A stretch of DNA of 57,442 bases, the filler included, from Platydemus manokwari (taxonomy: Eukaryota), in assembly GCA_037951405.1 (NCBI GenBank). It is 5 parts of 5 records of this genome, joined end to end, with 100 filler letters (N's around TTAATTAATTAA, not from the genome) between each part and the next. Parts side by side here need not be neighbours in the genome. Positions count along the whole stretch, not along the records: positions 40,803 to 57,442 come from JBBMOY011156993.1; 4 more parts are not named here. One strand, given 5' to 3'. The notes below the pieces were generated by a model. That model saw nothing but the letters and a program-made list of their open reading frames with translations, was not told the origin of the DNA and made no database searches. A program made the position numbers and the translations under genes. Numbering within the stretch: the stretch's first letter is position 1; each line of letters begins with the position of its first letter. Of the stretch, positions 49,621 through 57,442 are shown one piece after another.

Positions 49621-49869
49621 AGAAAACGAAGAAATGTCAAAGCATAAAAAAGGAAGAAAATGAAAAATCGGATGACATATTCTAAGTGAAAGTTATTAAC
49701 CAAATTTGATGAGGGTTGCCCAAATAAAAATAAAAATCTCAAAATTATTAGAGACTGGTTAGTCCACTGGAAAGAATCTGTTGGCGATAATTTTACGAAA
49801 GAAATTAAAAGAGTTTTTCAGGAAAAGGAAGATATAAAAATTAGAGCGAATAGGCTTCATCTGATGAAG

Positions 49870-50110
49870 AATAAAAAAATTAAACTTATTGTGCTGATAC
49901 AGAAGGGGGTGAAAGTGGATTGGAAGTAATACTAGGACAAGCAGAAATAAAACTAACTTATTATGCTATTACAGAAGAATAATATTGACAATCTATGGAA
50001 ATGGATGTCAAGGAAATAATTTGAAAATCTAAGTCATGCCAAAATAATAAGATAATAAATGGGAGGATAAAATCTAACTGAAGAGACAATTCCAAACTCT
50101 CAGATTATTG
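49870..50110 (+). mobile_element. Gypsy RNase H scrap
   Basis: ESGLEVILGQ (decayed DAS..GLG.VL.Q) and YAITEE (Y..TEKE) motifs. Confidence 0.5.
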
Positions 50111-52912
50111 ATATTGCATTGACAAATATTGATTTCAAAATAGCACTGAAGTATTGACACGTTATTGTAGAAATTACTTCTCGCAATGATGGGACTGTAA
50201 GATAATAGAAGGAATTACTGCAAAACATGGGAAAGCGTAAAGCATCCAAATGACAATTAGGAAAAACTCATTTGATTACGAATGAGTTAAGGAAAACATC
50301 ATAAGTAAACAGCTTAGATCGCTCCGAACAATAACTGATTATTCAGAAGTATTTTTCCAAATATTCGATGGAATTCAGCTATTAGAAAAAATTAAGTTGC
50401 AATAAATGATAGGCCAATTGAGTTTTAAAGCATCTGTAATTACCAAAGTAAAGTGTGAAAATTGAAGTATATTTGAGTTTAAATTTATTTGTAATCATTA
50501 AAATAACAGTGAAAGTTGATTACTATCGAAAATTATCATAAAATTGTAATTATATCAAAATCATTAAAGTCAAGAGGCTGATGATATAGCAACAATAGCA
50601 ATTGCCATAGTAAAGGTAAAAGAGGCTTTTAAATTTAAAAATAATAAAAAATAACTCTTAAATTCACATCATGAAGTTAACTCAAATTGGGTTCAATTAC
50701 GAAAAATGTAACCTCAAAAAATGTTTATGTATAAATAAAATTAATATATAAATACCCAAATATTAGAAATAAAAAGAATAATAAACTAAATGTGGTATTG
50801 AAATGTCAATAATATCATAAAAAATCAAACAAGAAAAAATTATTTATATAAATATACACCTATAATATGAGTAGCTACCCTAACACAAAAAATAAAATTC
50901 ATCACACAAATTAATCTTATCACGAAACCGAACATCTAATTGGAACGTCTAATTGCAATTAAGAAGAGTAGTAAATCAAATACACAAATCAAAGATAATC
51001 AACAAATCGAACAAATAACTGGCTTCTGGTTCGGAGATGAAAGTCGACGGTTCGAATATTAAAAGTCTCTCGTAAAATTGATCAAAAATGTATTGCTTTA
51101 TCAATCAAATAACTGAGAATGATTCATATGCATAATACGAAGCTATTGGTATTACAGTACCATGATTGACTATTATCAAAACGAACTTCCGCGAGGTAAA
51201 AACGTAAAAATTTGTTCTTTTTAAAATTATAAAATTTCAATGGAAAAAACGATAAACATTTTAGCTTTGACCATGATTAAGTATGCTTAAATAAATAAAT
51301 AAAATCATTTTAAAATCTCAAAGCCAAATTGTAATTATAGAGCTATTATACCTAACCACTTTTAAGTATACTATTAATCTATTACAATCACCGATATAAG
51401 AGTCACCCACTTTAACAAATTATCTTATAATAGAATCAAAAGAACAATAGAAAAATCATTTCGAAAAGTAAATAAAATTCTGGTTATTCGCCATGATATT
51501 TTTATCAATATTTTTATCGATTGAATTTTTAATTGTTACATTTTATTTTCTATCTAACAGTCATTAAGGTTTTGTAATAATAATAATATTCTATTCATAT
51601 TACTGTTATTTATTACATCAATTATTTATATTCTAAATCACTTATCGCCAAAAGATTCCATACACCTATTGGAGTCAGGTTGGATATGAAATCAAAATAA
51701 TCTATAGGCATTACCATAAACACTTACTAAATACAACAATATTATTCTAAGATAGAAAATATAATTAAATATAATATGATCATATGGCAGTACCAGAACA
51801 AAATTCTATATGAATTAAGGGTCCAGTCAAAATGCCTCAATACAAATGTCTTTTGAAAAAGTGAGGGAAACAATCTAATCCATAGAATATCCTATTGCTT
51901 TTGTCTAATTATTACATGTTTATGGTCATGATTTTTTTAAAAGTTATTTATGATCTTGTTTCTCAATGCAATTGACTGATTCTGGCGAAGTTTTTAAATT
52001 TTAAATTCATATATAGCGGAAAATAGTATAAATTTATGAAAATGTCTTCTGAAATATCAGAGTCTCGGGCACAATGCTATGTGGGAATGTATAGCTACCA
52101 TTTGTGATGTCAAAGGCACACAGATTAATTTGAACCATCAACTCCCTGGTTTTTCAGGGAAATTCGAGTTTGATTAGGTTAAAATTGCCACTTCAGGTGA
52201 TTGAGTTTGTCTCTGAATTTATTGAGGACCAGATAGAATGTAATCATCAGCTCAGGCTTTCGTAGAGAATTGATGTCACAATTTCTCTGATCTTAATCAT
52301 CATTTTCTGAAACGCTTATATCTTGAAAGACTTTGTAAATTGAATATTTTCTTTTGTTATGGTATGAGCACAAGGCACAAATTTAAGACATTATCTCTTG
52401 AAATGTCTAAGACTCAAAGAGCAGTTCCCGATGAGTGTTATCAATGCTTTCCTTACAGCATGTGGTGCGAAAGGGTTAGATCCCTGTTAATGAATCTCTT
52501 TCCCTTCTTGCAAATCAGACTCAAGCGACTCTTCAATTGATCGATTTGGACAGACAATAAGAAACTCAATTGACTAAGTATTTCCAAACAGCAGTTGTGT
52601 AAACCAATCAAAAACCATTTGGATATCAGTTAAAGTAGACAGATAATTAAAAAACCAGTTTGATAAAACGGAAATATTGATTGATAATGAAACCAAGTCA
52701 GAGACAAATTAATTTATAACCGTAAAGTTAGTTTGCATCTTTAACCCTGTATTTAAACTAACTATTCAATTTATGATCATTATTTAAATCATTAAACGAT
52801 AAACAAATTTTTAATTCGAACTGAATTTTGAAGGCAAAATATTTACTAAAATACATCATTTAATAATTTACAACAACTGACACATGAAAATACATTTATA
52901 TAAATAAATTCA

Positions 52913-53495
52913 TCAATGCTTTTGTAATTTGAAAATTTGTAAATCATCAAAATAATCGACATCTGAAATCATTCGTTTCGAAGCTTTGGGTTTCAAATCA
53001 TCAAAATTTAATTTATTGACTATTGGTAACGAATTTTTCAACTGCGAATATTTTTTCCTTCCTAACTGAGGAGCAGTAAAAGCAAGTTTTTTATCGAATC
53101 GATTGTTTGATTTGTTGGGTGGAGTTTTGGAAACATCACAAATATTAAGACAATAAGATATATCATCAAAATCATTTTGAAATTGGTTTCGTATGACAGA
53201 TATTTCTTGCAGTGGAATTCGACCTTTTACCTTGTTGTAATTACTTAGCATTGGGGTCGTTTTGAGTATGAACGCATTGGTGCACTGCGGATTAATACAC
53301 TTGCTAGGAGAAATGCATTTTTGAAGATGATCGCATAAAGGTATTTTATTTTCTTTATCAAACTCCTCTATGTGATTTCCATTGTTTTCTAAATTAAAGT
53401 TTTTATTAAAAATCCAATTTTCATCTGAATTCAAAGCATATTATTGACTTTATATTAAGCATACATAAAAGAATCCACACACCTGTATTCGACAT
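52913..53495 (-). CDS. Small disordered cell-cycle-type protein with KEN box and D-box (sororin-like candidate); exons 53495-53483 and 53424-52913
   Basis: ATGTCGAATACAG|gt...ttcag|ATGAAAAT splices in frame (MSNTDENW...). Contains DKEN, RIPLQEIS, several S/T-P sites and the C-terminus YFDDLQIFKLQKH*. Confidence 0.65.
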
Positions 53496-55633
53496 TTCAG
53501 GTCTAGAAGATCAATCCAACTATGATTAACTAAATAATATTAGTTGTTAGGCAACCTTTTTCACAAATAAATTAAACTAAGTTTATAATCTTTTATTTTT
53601 CAAAATAAATTATAAGAATTGGAATATTTAAACAAGTTCGTATAATTTGTTCAAATTAAAATATCAAAAGTAGGGGCCCTGACATCCTTTAAGTTTATTT
53701 CGTCTTCTTAATTTCGAAACTGATATTATAGATTTTAAATTATGATTTTAGATTGTAGTTATGAAGACTAGTATAAACAAGTTCTTTATCAAATTTATTA
53801 TGGTAAAAATTCTCGATTATAAAATTCAATATAACATCAAAATATAACATCGGCACGCTAACCAATCACTGATATTTTTTCATGTTATTATTAAGGAAAA
53901 GCGATAATATATGCATGCACATTTGCCAGTGTTATTCTATTAGTGTTTTTAATGGACAAGAAGATTTATATTTTAATTAGATTTTCCTTCTTAAATTGAA
54001 AAAATATTGTATAAATGTTATATATACACCACTGTCTACTATAAATAGTTTACACAATTATATGTTATAATTCCCTTTACAAATATCATATACGAGTTAA
54101 TAAACATATTTCAACCTAACAAACTTAATTTTCCAAACTAAAACCAATATTTAACAGTCAGACATTTTTTAAGAAAGGTAAGGCAATGAGGTAAGGTTCT
54201 AATATCGAACCTTCATTATATTTTAGTGAATCATACTTTGTTTTCTAGAGTTCACTTATTTATTCTACATTTATGTTTAGCAGCTAATTCCATAAAGAGT
54301 TACTATTGATTTTTTGCATAAATAATTTGCAATTTTGATATTAAGTTGCAAAAGTATTAATGAGTTGTGACTAAAATTCAATTCAGTCTAATAAATATTC
54401 CTAAGTATGCATTTTCGCATGTTTTTATTCAAGCTCTTAGGAGTTGTCAATCCGCGAAAAAATTTGTGCGAACGGCATAAATATTTATTCTTGAAAACCT
54501 TTGTCATTCACAACGATAATTATATTTACGCTTGCATCATTCTTGAGCATTTGCTTAATATAATTACTAAACTCAACACACATACACAAAATATCTTTTT
54601 ATAGATTTTTAATTTTAAAAACATTTTTCAAAATTTTCTAAATTTATATTGTGTTGGGTTGTGGTAGATGTTTGTTTGATATTCATAACAACTCAACAGC
54701 GGAGTTCCATTATACTTTTATTGTTTAAGATTAATTATTACAAAATAATAAAACGCAGCAACTTTTTATTATGTTTATTTTTCGCAAATTAATTATAATT
54801 TTACAATAAATAGTTAAACACAACTTAACTCAAACCAGAATTTTAGATTAAACAAATTGATGTGGTTATCTTGGCTTGATCGCAAGATCTTGAGGAAAAG
54901 TTATTAACAGTTTACTTATAAAGTTTATAATATGTGTACCCAAAAGGTTTGATTTTTTTGTGTTTTGTCAAGATTTTGAAATTATAAAATTTACTAAATT
55001 ATCAATGTTTCTCCCCTAATTATCATTTTCTCTCTGATGTTTTTTTTAAAGATTTCTCTTTTTTCAAAGTATAGGTTTAGTCAAAAGTTTCACTTATCCT
55101 AATCTTGCTTCACTCAGTGAAATTATAAATTTAACTGTTTAATTTGTTAATCTTGTGTTGGGGTACTTGTGCTGTTTCTAATTGTGATATCTATTGCAAA
55201 TATTTCTTCGAAAAATGTAATCTTATCACATTTTTAAATATTGTTTATAATGTTCATAAGATTAAATCATGCACAGACAATTAAGATCCAAAACTCGACT
55301 TAAAGTTTTATTTCAATTATATACAGATTTTTCTATATTTTTCCTCTAATATTTCCAATAACATACTTGTTTAAATATTATTATTATTTTATAGTTGATA
55401 AATCAAAATACATATTTTAACAATCTAATTTGTCACGTACTTATATATTAGGTTGCAAAACTACAATTTAGAATGAGAGGTGTACTGAATTTCAAAAATT
55501 CAAATCTTAGCTGGATAACTATTTTAAGACATTTCCAAAACTACTCTAAGTGTCAAAGTATAAGTATGAAAACTCCTCTAAGTGAAAGTATGAATGATGC
55601 ATAAAATATATTGTGTTTTAAAATGTAATTTAG

Positions 55634-55912
55634 AAATTATTAGCGAAGGGCAAAAGTCTTTTATGTTAAATGATACAATACTCGGTGTATTTAATAAACC
55701 TTTTAGTGAATTTCCTTTACCTGGAAATATTTGTCACTTATCCGAATCCAATTATTCAGATTCTCAATTACTTACCGATCGATATGCTCATCAAATGGAA
55801 ATTATTAACCAAATTCAATTGAACCAGTGTATTGATGGTTATACAAACTCTATGATGAATAATAACCATCTTGAATGTACAATACACACTTGTTTGAAAC
55901 CTCTCCGCCGAG
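55634..55912 (+). CDS. Probable internal exon (279 nt, phase 1-1) of an unidentified gene
   Basis: tttag|AA ATT...CGA G|gtatgc with an open frame throughout and protein-like composition. Partner exons not identified. Confidence 0.45.
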
Positions 55913-57288
55913 GTATGCTTTCAAGTTAACATTGTAAAATTATTTGATTGATGACAGTAATAATTTTTACCATATATGATATTAATATTTAATTTTATAA
56001 TAATTAATCTACAAACGTTTTCAATATTAAAAAGCAAATCTCGGAAAACTTTTCAATGTTTATTAGAATATTTGCAGCAACCTAAGGTGAATATAATAAC
56101 TAATCTTTAGAAATACCTTGAATAGATATAACATGATATTTTGATATACACTTCTAATTTGTTAATATTTGCACTTCAATAATTAGAATCGTCAATTTAT
56201 TCAAACTGTGAATTACTACATACTGGTTATTCTTTTGTTAAATATTTTTCTTATTTGATTTTTTAAAGAAAAATATTTGAAAAGCTTGAATTTCATAGCT
56301 GGTAAAAATGATGAATTGTTTTGTTAGTCATCATTCAAGAAATGCCTGCTTAATTTGTCAAAAATTTCAATTTCCCTGATAATATCGGTGGCGCATTGTT
56401 TTATTGACACTAAGAATCCCTTTGGACTGGACTTAGTTGGTTTTATTTTGTTTTCCAAGCAATATCCAGTTGAGAATCTGTTGATAATATGCATAGTGTC
56501 CGTTTGAAAATGTTTGTATTTTATTGTGTTTGAATTTTGCTTAATGAATCATCATGATTGGTTGATATGAAATACATTTGATTGGTGGATTGTTGTCACA
56601 TGTTTCGTGGTGGGAGAAATTAATTTTGCAATGAGACATTACAATCTGCTCGTGTAATACATTGATTTTGTATATATTATCTGCAGTCATCATTGTTGTG
56701 ATCACCTGCGATCATGTGATATTTTAAATTATTTAATATTGTTTTATTTCAGAATGTCCTTTTATTTATTATTGAAATAATATTACTCTGATATCGAAAT
56801 ACTAGTAAAAATTAATAAAAATTATTATAATGAATCGAACAAGGATGAAATAAGAATCATAACAGTCATGATAGTGATTATACTAATAATTATATTGTAA
56901 TTCATATTATAATTAATAGTCATAAAATAACGTTGATATATATGAAATGCGTAAGGCCATTTTAAAAAATTTGTTTGCACTATATTTTCCAAAAGTAAAC
57001 GTAGAAAAATTACCAAAAAACCTCATTATGAGAAGGAAATGTCTGAATTTAATGAAAGAAATTTATCGATTTCAAAAATTAAATAATTTAAGTGAATAAA
57101 GTTTTTAAATATTATATGGGGAAGATATTGTTTAGACTATTTTGAATATGGCGCTTAGAGATGAGGATCTAATTACGTTTCATATTCAATTCAGATTATT
57201 TGGAAAAATAATGAATCAATGATAGGAATCTCACTTTTTACAAAGTCTGACTATGACATGGATTATAATATGCTATAGTTACAGGTTT

Positions 57289-57289
57289 G

Positions 57290-57338
<49 letters not shown>
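57289..57338. repeat. Compound (CA)n(TA)n microsatellite
   Basis: Direct observation. Confidence 0.9.
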
Positions 57339-57340
<2 letters not shown>

Positions 57341-57442
57341 AGGTGTGTCGGTAATTCCTTTCCGTTTTTTGTAACAGATGTCACTGGCCATAAGAAAAAT
57401 GGTTTGTTGATTTGATACATGTCATTTTATTCTACTGACATT
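57339..57442 (+). mobile_element. Mariner (mauritiana-subfamily-like) left end inserted at TA
   Basis: TA|CCAGGTGTGTCGGTAATTCCTTTCCGTTTTTT. The CCAGGTGT terminus is shared with Mos1-type TIRs. Runs off the window. Confidence 0.7.

Overview
This is a very AT-rich animal nuclear genome segment with short GT-AG introns (about 45-100 nt). It is consistent with an invertebrate such as a triclad flatworm, but the species cannot be fixed from sequence alone. The window is five contigs joined by identical artificial 100-bp linkers (N44-TTAATTAATTAA-N44), so adjacency across linkers is not trustworthy. Host genes: SNAPC1 (complete, 2 exons), the 3' portion of 6-phosphogluconate dehydrogenase (8 exons), RNF32 (RING-IQ-RING), the 3' part of an SLC26 transporter, an intronless RING-H2 orphan, and a small KEN-box/D-box protein with a sororin-like C-terminus. 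Much of the remainder is decayed mobile DNA: two R2/NeSL-type non-LTR retrotransposons (one with an Ulp1-like protease remnant), several Gypsy fragments, a Maverick/Polinton-type protein-primed DNA polymerase pseudogene, a chuvirus-like glycoprotein pseudogene, mariner ends and an 18S rRNA scrap. The most notable structure not shown by the ORF track is a non-coding miniature LTR element (TRIM: about 157-bp LTR, tRNA primer-binding site, purine-rich internal region, polypurine tract). It occurs as an LTR-sharing tandem array inside a 6PGD intron and at three more loci. All family assignments come from motif recognition by eye; no searches were run.
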